A stretch of DNA of 22,935 bases from an uncultured Gemmatimonadales bacterium (GCA_963844035.1 CAWJMT010000011.1:1-22935); one strand, 5' to 3'; counted from the stretch's first letter, positions 1 through 8,218 are shown. Notes: generated by a model not told the origin, from the sequence alone. Made by a program: numbers and translations.

Positions 1-1
1 G

Positions 2-937
2 CCGATAGGAGGCGCAGTGCATGAGCTTCATCTCCGCGTTGCTCACGTTGTCCTGCGAGCCGCCCTTCCGGACGACCTCCAACAGGGCCCGCTCCGCCGC
101 CACCGGATCGCCCAGCATCAAGAACATGATTCCGGCGTCGTTCAGCGCGCGTAGCTGGCGATCCTCATCCTCGTAGAGCTCGAAGGCTCGCCAGACGTGT
201 AGGAGCGCGTCCGCGGGTTGCCCGGTGTGCAGGAGTATCACTGCGACCTCGTGCTCGACCCGCGCCTCGATGTCGCGATCCCGGCTGCTATCGATGTCGG
301 CGAGAATTTCGCGCAGGATCTGCTCGGCGAGCGGAAGATTGCCCCGGCCGCCGCTGCACTGCGCACGGCCGATCCGACTCAGAAAGGCTGAACGCCGATC
401 CCCGGCCGTGGTTGCCACGCGTCCGGCATCGGCGTAGGACTCCTCCGCAAGGTCGAATCGGCTGAGCTTGCGGTTGACGCGCCCCGCCCGTAGTGACAGC
501 GCGACCGCATCGGTGGCCGAGAGGTCTACCCCGCCGACCTGGCGGAGCGTCCCCAGCACATCGAGCGCCTCCTCCAGCCGCAGTTCGTCCTCGAGGTAGT
601 GCGCGTAGGCGAACAACCCGGGGACCAGGAGACCCACGTCGTCTTCGCGCTGGGCGCTACCGGCGCTTTCGACCAGCCCCTGAAGGTGCGCACCTTCCGT
701 CGACGTGACCCGCAAGTCACGGCAGAACCGCTCCGTTGCCGCGCACTGATAGCGAAACGCATCGGGATGCACGGGCTCTCGCTCGGCAGCTAGCAGGTCG
801 ATCAAGCGAAGCGTGAGGAACGCGCCCTGGCCCAGACGCGACTGCAGCCCCCCTCCGGGGAGCGGAAGCGTCTGCGCCGCCCGTTGCAGAAAGACAGCAT
901 GCGACAGGGACGGCAATTCGGCCTGTGCGATGGACAT
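2..937 (-). CDS. TPR-like helical repeat protein, partial (runs off the left edge of the window)
   Basis: Hand translation from ATG at 937, preceded by AGGAG about 8 nt upstream, is open to the window edge: MSIAQAELPSLSHAVFLQRAA...FAYAHYLEDELRLEEALDVL...AGRVNRKLSRFDLAEESYADA...RGNLPLAEQIL...ALNDAGIMFLMLGDPVAAERAL. The A/G/L spacing is TPR-like. Not in the ORF track because there is no stop codon in the window. Confidence 0.8.
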   Translation of the reverse strand, partial: MSIAQAELPSLSHAVFLQRAAQTLPLPGGGLQSRLGQGAFLTLRLIDLLAAEREPVHPDAFRYQCAATERFCRDLRVTSTEGAHLQGLVESAGSAQREDDVGLLVPGLFAYAHYLEDELRLEEALDVLGTLRQVGGVDLSATDAVALSLRAGRVNRKLSRFDLAEESYADAGRVATTAGDRRSAFLSRIGRAQCSGGRGNLPLAEQILREILADIDSSRDRDIEARVEHEVAVILLHTGQPADALLHVWRAFELYEDEDRQLRALNDAGIMFLMLGDPVAAERALLEVVRKGGSQDNVSNAEMKLMHCASYR

Positions 938-1130
938 CGTTGAAACTCCTAGCGTCCCAAGGGGGGTCGCCTGTGTCCTTGCAGTAGTTGTGCTCAGGGC
1001 CCAACCCACTAGAGGCTCAGAAGATACCGCATTCCCTCCAGCGGCGTTAGGCCGCCGTTTCCGCGTTTTCTTGCTGATTGCGACATGGTTTTGGTCACCC
1101 TTGGTGTGTGATCTGAGCCGACATTGAGTC

Positions 1131-1559
1131 ATGCACCGTGGCTACTCCCTTGCCGAGCTGGCGCTCACGCTGGCGGTTATCGGCGCCGTGACAATGTTTG
1201 CACTCCCCGGCTGGGCGAGGTTGCTGGACCGGTTCGCCGTCGAGCAGGCCGCCTCGGAGCTTACAACCGCACTGGCCGTTGCCCGCAATGCGGCCGTGCT
1301 GCGGGGCACCAATGCCAGGCTATCGATCGCCGCTGACACTTTAGGGATGGACGTGTGGGTAGATGGAGACTGGAATCCGGCTTGGCGGTGGCCCGGGCCC
1401 CAAGCTCACTCCGTCAGTCTGGAAGTCACCAATAGGGCGGTGACCTTTGGAGCGAGCGGCATCGGGGTTGGAGCGTCCAATACTCAGGTCCTGCTGCGGC
1501 GGGGCAGGCAGGTCGTCAGGATCACAACGTCGCGCATAGGCCGGGTAAAGCGCTGGTAA
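1131..1559 (+). CDS. Prepilin-type N-terminal cleavage protein, GspH/FimT-like pseudopilin
   Basis: Class III signal MHRG|YSLAELALTLAVIG (G at -1, E at +5, hydrophobic helix); 'L..AR..AV.RG' helix; C-terminal 'VTF...G...ITTSRIGRVKR' typical of GspH/FimT. Confidence 0.88.
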   Translation: MHRGYSLAELALTLAVIGAVTMFALPGWARLLDRFAVEQAASELTTALAVARNAAVLRGTNARLSIAADTLGMDVWVDGDWNPAWRWPGPQAHSVSLEVTNRAVTFGASGIGVGASNTQVLLRRGRQVVRITTSRIGRVKRW

Positions 1560-1617
1560 AGGTCGCCCAGGCCCAGACGACCGCTGCAAGTTGTTATTTC
1601 TACGACTCTTACGCGAC

Positions 1618-1644
1618 CGCGACCATTTGGGCCATGCCCGCATC
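1618..1644 (+). promoter_or_regulatory. Putative ECF-type promoter CGCGAC-N16-GCATC
   Basis: The same bipartite motif (N17) lies upstream of the gene starting at 16377; here it precedes the hairpin cluster. Confidence 0.35.
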
Positions 1645-1654
1645 ATAAAGAGTG

Positions 1655-1807
1655 TACGGGCCTCTGTGGAGTCCGGGCGGGGAACCTCGGAAACCACATC
1701 AGGCGTGATGCAAAAACCAGCGCATCATAAGGTCGCGGCGGAAGTGTGACGGCCACTTCCCCCGACCAAACCAACCCGGGGCGCATTCGGCTCCGGGTTC
1801 GGTTTTT
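1655..1807 (+). ncRNA. Candidate orphan structured small RNA
   Basis: Lies between convergent genes. Consecutive stems at 1657-1675, 1705-1728, 1731-1767 (GGAAGTG/CACTTCC plus GGTCG/CGACC) and a terminator stem 1768-1807 with a T tract. No family recognised. Confidence 0.4.
1768..1807 (+). terminator. Intrinsic terminator, possibly bidirectional
   Basis: AACC-AACCCGGGGC / GCTCCGGGTT-C-GGTT stem followed by a T run; abuts the stop codon of the convergent SDR gene. Confidence 0.7.
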
Positions 1808-2694
1808 TAGGGGAGGAACCGCGCCAATCCTTCATCGAACGGGAGGGGCTGGATTCCGAAGACGGTGTTGATCGCGTTCGCCGGCGTGCGTGTCCCTTCC
1901 ACCAACATGCGTAGTTGAATGCTCGTGATGGGCGCCGCCGGGCCAAGGGGGTCACAGGCGCGGGCCCCAGCGCGGACCAGCGATAGCGGGACATGGACGA
2001 GGGGACGAGGGTGCCCGGAGGCTCGCCCTATCGCGCGGACGAACTCCTCGTAACTGAGGACGGCAGGACCGCCGAGCTCCAGCGTACCCATCACATCCGC
2101 GCGCTCCACCGCCAGCGCGAAGGCCAACGCCAGGTCCTCGATCCACACCGGCTGAGCGGGGAAGGATCCGTCCCCGAAGATGGGGATTACCGGCGACCAG
2201 CGATGCAGACGGGCGAGGGTGCGGATGGGGGCGCTTTCCGGGCCGTTTATCAACGAGGGTCGGAAGATGGCAGCGGGGAGTCCCGATTTGCGGACCAACT
2301 CCTCGGCCTCCCACTTGGTGCGGTGGTAGGCCGTGGCGTCCGCGTCCCCCCGTGCTCCCACCGCGCTCATATGAATGAACCGTCGCACGCCGGCTGCTCG
2401 CGACGCATCGAGCATTCGTCGCGTTCCCTGCACGTGCACGGTCGCAAAGGTGGCGGATCCCCATTCGACAATGATGCCGACGAGGTGCACTGCTGCGTCT
2501 GCTCCGTCGAGCAAGCGCGCGAGCGCGGCGTCATCATCAAGGGCGCCGGGCACGGGGTCGGCTCCCTGGGCCGTGAGGAAACTCGCCCGGGACAGGTCCC
2601 GGACCAGAGCACGGACGCGGTGGCCGCGGCGGAGCAAGAGGGCGGCGACGTGGCGCCCGACGAATCCGGTGGCCCCGGTGATGGCAACTAGCAC
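1807..2694 (-). CDS. NAD(P)-dependent epimerase/atypical SDR, complex I NDUFA9-like family
   Basis: N-terminal TGATGFVG Rossmann motif, HLVGI, HMSAVG, YHRTK (YxxxK), FRPSLI, QPVWIEDLA. Confidence 0.9.
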   Translation of the reverse strand: MLVAITGATGFVGRHVAALLLRRGHRVRALVRDLSRASFLTAQGADPVPGALDDDAALARLLDGADAAVHLVGIIVEWGSATFATVHVQGTRRMLDASRAAGVRRFIHMSAVGARGDADATAYHRTKWEAEELVRKSGLPAAIFRPSLINGPESAPIRTLARLHRWSPVIPIFGDGSFPAQPVWIEDLALAFALAVERADVMGTLELGGPAVLSYEEFVRAIGRASGHPRPLVHVPLSLVRAGARACDPLGPAAPITSIQLRMLVEGTRTPANAINTVFGIQPLPFDEGLARFLP

Positions 2695-2748
2695 GTGATC
2701 GGCATTGCGGGGGGCTGGCTCAAGCGGCCAGGGGCGGCGGCGACGCGG

Positions 2749-3822
2749 TTACTCGGGGCCGCCGCTGTTGTCATCCAGGAACACCAGCGTGTTCCGCCTG
2801 GCGACTACCGCGGCCAGGGCGTCGTATACCGCGGGATCGAGCACGGTACCCCCTAGCTCCTTGATACGCTCGACCGCTTGCTCCGGGGAGATCTTGTCCT
2901 GGTACGGTCGCGACGAGCACAGCGCGTCGTAGACCTCGGCCGCACCGATGATCCGTGCGCCGATCGGGATGCCCTCGCCGCGAAGACCGTCGGGATAGCC
3001 GGAGCCATCCCAGCGCTCGTGATGGCTGCGGACCATCGCAATGATGTGCTCCAGGTGGGGCAACGGCGCCAGAATCTGAGAGCCGATCAGGACATGCTGC
3101 TGCACGTGCTCGAACTCCTCCGGCGTGAGGGGCCCGTGCTTGTTGAGGACCGATTCCCGGGTCCCGATCTTGCCGACGTCGTGCAGGCGTCCGCCGACGC
3201 GCACCTGCTCCACTTCTTCGTCGGACATGCCGAGCTGCGCGGCGATCGTGGCGGAGAGATCCGCGACGCGAGCGGAATGCCCCCGCATATAGGGGTCCTT
3301 TGCTTCGAGGGCGTTCACCAGCGCCTCGAGGGTGGCAACCGAAATGCGCTCCAGCTTCTGCCGTGAGCGCTGCAGCTCCGCGGTGCGCGTCGTGACTTCT
3401 TCCTTGAGCCAGCGACTCATCTCACGGCTTTCGAGGAGCGTGTCGCGGAGCTTCAGCGCGCGCTGCACTGCCCGACCCAAATCGGCCAGCTCGATGGGCT
3501 TGGTCAGGTAGTCCATGGCGCCGCGCTGCATGCACAGGGCGGCGCTCGTCGCGTCGTTCACGGCAGTGAGCATGAGGATCGCGAGGTCCGGCTCGATTTC
3601 GAGCGCCTGGGGGACCAGGTCCACGCCGCTGGTCCCGGGCATGCGGATGTCGCACAGCATCAACGCGATCTTGTGGCGCCGGAGCTGGTTGAGGGCGTCT
3701 TCGCCGGACCCGGCGCTGTACGCTTCGAACTGCTGATGCGTCAAGTACTTCTTGAGCGCGTTGCGGATCGGTTCCTCGTCGTCTACGACCAGCACGGAGG
3801 GACGACCGGTTGACTCAACCAA
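2749..3822 (-). CDS. Response regulator with REC and HD-GYP cyclic-dinucleotide phosphodiesterase domains (RpfG-like)
   Basis: REC motifs VVDDE, CDIRMP (phospho-acceptor Asp), LT and KP; coiled-coil linker; HS, HDVGK, HHERWDGSGYP, YDAL and RPY motifs. TTG start with AAGGAG upstream. Confidence 0.93.
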   Translation of the reverse strand: MVESTGRPSVLVVDDEEPIRNALKKYLTHQQFEAYSAGSGEDALNQLRRHKIALMLCDIRMPGTSGVDLVPQALEIEPDLAILMLTAVNDATSAALCMQRGAMDYLTKPIELADLGRAVQRALKLRDTLLESREMSRWLKEEVTTRTAELQRSRQKLERISVATLEALVNALEAKDPYMRGHSARVADLSATIAAQLGMSDEEVEQVRVGGRLHDVGKIGTRESVLNKHGPLTPEEFEHVQQHVLIGSQILAPLPHLEHIIAMVRSHHERWDGSGYPDGLRGEGIPIGARIIGAAEVYDALCSSRPYQDKISPEQAVERIKELGGTVLDPAVYDALAAVVARRNTLVFLDDNSGGPE

Positions 3823-3882
3823 GGTGTGGGCTCCTTACGGGCTGGCCAAAGATGGCAAGACCAGCGGTGCGGCGCCAGCAGA

Positions 3883-4740
3883 TTAGGGCGTGGCGCCGAC
3901 GAACTGGAGGTCAACAGCGGGGAGAATTCCAGCGCGGGCACCGCGCTCGAGCAGTTCTGCGACCGCTCGTCTGCCCGCGACACCGTAGTCGACGGTGAAC
4001 TCGTTCACGTACATCGCCACGAACTTATCGGTCTGCGCGGCCGTCAACCCGCGGCTGAACCGACCGGCGTATGCGAGCCCCTCCGCCCGGTGAGCTAACG
4101 AGTACTCGATGCTCGCCTTCAAGTCCTTGGCGATCTCGCCCATCAGGGAAGACCCTAGGTCTCGACGTACCACGTTGCCGCCCAGCGCCAGGGGGAGCCC
4201 AACCTCGTGATGCCACCATTCGCCCATGTCCGCCCAGAGATGCAGACCGCGGTCGCCGTGGGTCAACTGCCCTTCGTGAATGAGAACGCCCGCGTCGGCG
4301 CGGCCGGCCAGGACGTAGTCCTCGATCTGGTCGAACGGGACGACGACGTGCCGGATCTCCGGCTGATAGAGACGTACCGCCAAGAATGCGGTGGTGAGCT
4401 CACCCGGGACGGCGACCGTCCGCCCGGCGAGCGCGCGGCGGGGGTCCGCGGGCGCGGGCGTGCGCGCGACGATCCGGGGGCCGTAGCGGTCGCCGATACT
4501 GGCGCCGTGAGCGAGCAACGCATACCGATCCGCGAGGTACGCGTAGGCGTGCAACGACACGGCGGTGACCTCGAGCTCTCCGCGCAGCGCGCGCTGGTTC
4601 AGGCTCTCGATGTCGGCCAGCTCGTGCTCGTACCGCCTGGGGCCGGTGTCGATCTTCCCGGTGGCAAGCGCCCAAAACATGAAGGCGTCGTCGGCATCCG
4701 GGCTGTGCGCGACGTGGATCGTCCGTGTCGCGGTCGTCAG
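3883..4740 (-). CDS. mqnD: 1,4-dihydroxy-6-naphthoate synthase (futalosine menaquinone pathway; MqnA/MqnD family)
   Basis: The conserved N-terminal IHVAHSPDADDAFMF lies in frame upstream of the track's ATG at 4680. Other motifs: DIESLN, GASIGDRYGP, PGELTTA, LIHEGQLT, LALGG, MYVN. Start inferred at CTG 4740 after AGGAG. Confidence 0.85.
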   Translation of the reverse strand: MTTATRTIHVAHSPDADDAFMFWALATGKIDTGPRRYEHELADIESLNQRALRGELEVTAVSLHAYAYLADRYALLAHGASIGDRYGPRIVARTPAPADPRRALAGRTVAVPGELTTAFLAVRLYQPEIRHVVVPFDQIEDYVLAGRADAGVLIHEGQLTHGDRGLHLWADMGEWWHHEVGLPLALGGNVVRRDLGSSLMGEIAKDLKASIEYSLAHRAEGLAYAGRFSRGLTAAQTDKFVAMYVNEFTVDYGVAGRRAVAELLERGARAGILPAVDLQFVGATP

Positions 4741-4953
4741 ACGCTCTCCTGGCGCGCGACGACCGTCATGCGGCGCACCGCATCCAGCGGCAACGGGGCG
4801 CGACTTCCGCGAGCCGGGTCCCCGGCACGCCGGTGGGTACCGGCAAGGCAGTCCATAGGAGCGGGGAATCTAACTGGCAGGATCGTCGACGGGAGCGTAA
4901 AGTATCGATCCGATGCTCCGCACTATCACCGGCAGGCCCGGCGACGGGTTCCG

Positions 4954-5217
4954 ATGACCGCCCCCTTTCCCGGCCACGAGCGCGCCAAGCAGATGGGCGA
5001 GCTGAAGCGCGGCGCGCAGCACTGGCAGGTGTTCGTGGAAACCCAGGCCGACGCCGAGCTTCGTGCCGTGCGAGGCCGCCTGCACTTCGTGCATGGCGAC
5101 CGCCATCGGGCGACGTCGTGGATTTTTCTCGAGCCGACGGAACGAGACATCCACGAGCGATTCGGGGAATTTTCGGCCGTCGAGCTGTGGCATTTCGTCG
5201 AGGCACTGGGCGACTGA
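4954..5217 (+). CDS. Small hypothetical protein (87 aa)
   Basis: C-terminal part of ORF 4207..5217 from ATG 4954 (MTAPFPGHERAK...WIFLE...ELWHFVEALGD); protein-like composition; does not overlap mqnD. Confidence 0.7.
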   Translation: MTAPFPGHERAKQMGELKRGAQHWQVFVETQADAELRAVRGRLHFVHGDRHRATSWIFLEPTERDIHERFGEFSAVELWHFVEALGD

Positions 5218-5753
5218 GACCGGGCCATCGCGCCCTCCTCCTCTGCGCCATGGCGGGTCTCGCGGGGTGTGAGGGCGGATCGCGCCGTCACGCCACGCTC
5301 GCACTGCAGACGCTCGGCCGCTGGGAGTGGCATGGCAGACTGGTGGCGCAGCCGGACTCCCACCTCACCATCATGCGAATCGGGATCGACACCGGGGGCC
5401 CCACGCCGGGCGGTGATGTCGTGCTGTTGCGCTACGACTTCAACCCGGCGGTCGGTGTTGGGGACGAGTACGCGATCGTTCTGGGTCTGGACCTTGGGCG
5501 CGCCCGTGACCTCCGGACAGGCGTGGGGTACCTCATGGGGCCGGAATCGGGGCGTATCCCGGCATACGCCGCAATCACGTGCCTGTGTGAACCGCTCAAG
5601 CTAGATTCCGTCCGCGGCACAGTCACCATCGCGACACGCGGGCTGCGACAACTCAGCGGGCATGTGGACGCGACCTTCTTTTTTCGGGTATGGAACGCCC
5701 CCTCACGGCATGTGACATACTTCCTGAATCAGCGCTTTGACGCGATCAAATAA
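5214..5753 (+). CDS. Hypothetical lipoprotein
   Basis: Reading from CTG 5214, which overlaps the upstream TGA, gives (M)RPGHRALLLCAMAGLAG|C: basic n-region, h-region and LAGC lipobox. The mature part is beta-rich. An alternative ATG at about 5250 would leave too short a signal. Confidence 0.65.
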   Translation: MRPGHRALLLCAMAGLAGCEGGSRRHATLALQTLGRWEWHGRLVAQPDSHLTIMRIGIDTGGPTPGGDVVLLRYDFNPAVGVGDEYAIVLGLDLGRARDLRTGVGYLMGPESGRIPAYAAITCLCEPLKLDSVRGTVTIATRGLRQLSGHVDATFFFRVWNAPSRHVTYFLNQRFDAIK

Positions 5754-7384
5754 GCTGGCGAGGGCATTGCGGCCAGGTGGACGGGCGGCAGGCCTAGCCG
5801 TGGGGTTGCTTGCGGCCGCCGTGGCGGGACGGCTGCCGGCCCAGGGGCCGGCGCCGATCGTCGACACGATCGTAATCGTCAATCAAAACATCTTCGATGA
5901 AAAGGATCTCGCGGAGCTGCCATATCTCGCGCGGGCTGCCAACTCCCTTCACATCAAGACCAACGCGTCGGTTATCCGTCGCACGCTCCTGATCAACCAG
6001 GGGGAGCAATACGACTCGGCGCGCGCCGTGGAAAGCGAGCGCGCGCTCCGGAGTCTCAACGTGTTCCGACAGGTGCGGGTGGACACGGTGCGGGTCCAGA
6101 GCCGCCTCGCGCTGCGGGTCCGCACCGAGGACGGATGGAGCACCAAGCCGCAGCTGAATTTTTCCTCGTCGGCCGGGAGCATCACGTGGCAGCTGGGCAT
6201 CCAGGAAGAGAACCTCCTCGGCACGGCCACATCGCTCACGGCGCTCTACACACAAACGCCCGATCGAAAGTACGGCCAGATTGTATATCTCAATCCCCAC
6301 TTCATCGGCCGGCGGACGCGGTTGGCGCTCAACTATCAACCGCTCTCCGACGGGAACTACTTTGCGTGGAGCCTGGGCGTTCCTTTCTACCAGACCGCCG
6401 CCAAGCGGCAGTACGGGACCAGCGGTGAAGCGTCCAAGTACCGGGTGCTGATTTTCAAGGACGGCCTCTTGGCCGACGCCACCGATCGGCATGCGCTGCG
6501 GTTTGGCGTGAACGGCGGGTTGGCGCTCAAGGCCACCAGTCGCAGCTACCTGCGGTTCTGGATGCAGGCCGCGTGGCGGCGCGAAGACTTCGCTCCCGAC
6601 AGCAGTCGACCCGCCGGGGTCCACGTTCGGTACGGTCGGCGCCGGTCTCGAGGCGGCACACAGCAAGTTCCACGTCATGCAGCGCCTCAATACCTACGGG
6701 CGTCGCGAGGATGTGAATTTGTCGGACTACCTTCGAGTCGGTGCGTTTGCCGCGCCGCGCGCCTGGGGATACTCCGCGGAGCAAGCCGGGGTCGGCCTCG
6801 AGACAAGCGGTCAGGCGAGTACGGCGTGGCCCGGGGGGTACCTGGTGCTCTACGGGGGTGCATCCGGCGTGTACACGGGCGCGGGGCTCGACTCGGGACG
6901 AGTGCGCGGCGGGCTGACTGTCGTCAGCCAGAACCTCGCATACCAGACCCTGATTGCGCACGTCGAAGGCGGTGCGCTGCGCCGAGCAAAGCCCACCACC
7001 TTTTACGACACCTGGCTGAATCAGTCCGGGCCGCGGCTGTACCCAGCACACGCCTTTACGGGCACTCGAACCATCTGGGTGACATTCGAAGACCGGATCG
7101 TCGTGGCCGACCAGGCCTTCGGCCTGGTGGGGGTGGGCCTCGCGCCGTTTTTCGACTGGGGTGGTGCCTGGTTCGGGGACGAACCGGTGTGGCCGGGCAA
7201 GGGTCCCATTACGCTGCTCGAGCCGATGCGCACCGGAAACGACGCCGGCCTATCGATCCGACTGGGGCCCACCCGGGCGGTACGCGGCGACGTCACGGAG
7301 ATGGCCTTCGGGTACCGCTTCGGCGCTCCCGCGGATGGTCCGCATGGCTGGGCGCTTTCGATCCGCCGGGGAATCCCCTTCTAG
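5737..7384 (+). CDS. Omp85 (BamA/TamA-like) outer-membrane protein with POTRA domain; one frameshift near 6600-6610
   Basis: Signal peptide; POTRA-like 'T..SVIRRTLL...G..YD....ESERALRSLNVFRQV'; 'GIQEENLLGTA' barrel start. The second frame continues ...RLYPAHAFTG...APFFDWGGAW...GLSIRLG... and ends in a terminal Phe (GIPF). Confidence 0.8.
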
Positions 7385-7517
7385 CCCTGGGCCGGGCCGC
7401 GTCGCCCTAGAGCGTCCCCCAACGAACAACGCCTTCCACCGACCCGCGCATACCCGCGGGCATCGCTTGTCGCGCAGTCGTCAGTTCGCCACCCCTCCTG
7501 AAACCCGTCGACGCCCC

Positions 7518-7546
7518 TTGACGTACTGTAGTCACTCCAATATTGT
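7518..7546 (+). promoter_or_regulatory. Sigma70 promoter of the efflux operon
   Basis: TTGACG (7518-7523), 17-nt spacer, TATTGT (7541-7546). Confidence 0.65.
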
Positions 7547-7572
7547 TCTCGCTCCAAAGTTGACTGTAGTCA
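7525..7572. promoter_or_regulatory. Two putative TetR operator sites
   Basis: ACTGTAGTCA at 7525-7534 (inside the promoter spacer) and at 7563-7572, the second within the palindrome TGACT-GT-AGTCA (7561-7572). Confidence 0.65.
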
Positions 7573-7602
7573 TTATTGAACCAGGTCTAGGGTGTGATAA
7601 TC

Positions 7603-8217
7603 ATGACCGAAGTCGAGCTGTCGCGCCGCGAGCGCAAGAAGGAAGAGACCAAGGATCGGATCTTCAAGGCGGCGTTTGCTCTGTTCAAGCGGCAGGGCGT
7701 CGAGGCCACCACGATCGACGATATCTGCGAAAAGGCCGACGTCGCCAAGGGCACCTTCTTCAACTACTTCCCCCGCAAGGAGGCGGTGTTCGGCCACCTG
7801 GCGGAGGAGTGGTTCGCGCAGGCGGAGGCGGAATCCGCCGCCATCCTGGCGCGGCCGGGGCGGGTCGGGCCGCAGCTGATCGCGATGTTCTCCGAGCTGG
7901 CCGCGTTCTACGAAGAGGAGCCGGCGCTCGCCCGGTACGTCCTCCAAGAGGTGATGCAGAACCAGCACAACGAGGACGACGAGATGTGCCGCAACTGGGA
8001 CGAACTCGCGTTGCGGCTGATCCAGAAGCTTCAGACCAATGGAGAGCTGCGGACGGACGAATCCCCGGAGCGGGTGGCCGGCGTGCTCCAGTGCGTCCAT
8101 CAAGGGACCATTCTCGAATTCGTCGCGTCCGCGGAACCCCCGTTTCCCCTCAGAACCGAGCTGCGGCGGCGCCTGACGCTTGCCATCGAAGGCCTCGCAG
8201 CGCGGGGAGGCAAGTGA
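7603..8217 (+). CDS. TetR/AcrR family transcriptional regulator
   Basis: RRERKKEETKDRIFKAAFALF..QG..ATTIDDICEKADVAKGTFFNYFPRKE helix-turn-helix signature; start at ATG 7603 or GTG 7594. Confidence 0.95.
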   Translation: MTEVELSRRERKKEETKDRIFKAAFALFKRQGVEATTIDDICEKADVAKGTFFNYFPRKEAVFGHLAEEWFAQAEAESAAILARPGRVGPQLIAMFSELAAFYEEEPALARYVLQEVMQNQHNEDDEMCRNWDELALRLIQKLQTNGELRTDESPERVAGVLQCVHQGTILEFVASAEPPFPLRTELRRRLTLAIEGLAARGGK

Positions 8218-8218
8218 T

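Noticed and set aside
1586..1614. Imperfect AT-rich palindrome GCAAGTTGTTATTTCTACGACTCTTAC as a dif or recombination site
   Set aside because: Does not match the XerC/XerD arms; at most a nucleoid-protein binding tract.
1665..1745. GGA motifs suggesting a CsrB/Rsm-type sponge RNA
   Set aside because: Only about four GGA triplets, not in ANGGA context and not consistently in loops.
1689..1760. Resemblance to a c-di-GMP-I/cGAMP (GEMM-I) riboswitch (GGAAACC...GATGCAAAA...TAAGG...TGACGGCC)
   Set aside because: No GNRA-capped P2 stem, the P3 strands do not pair as required, and there is no downstream gene on that strand.
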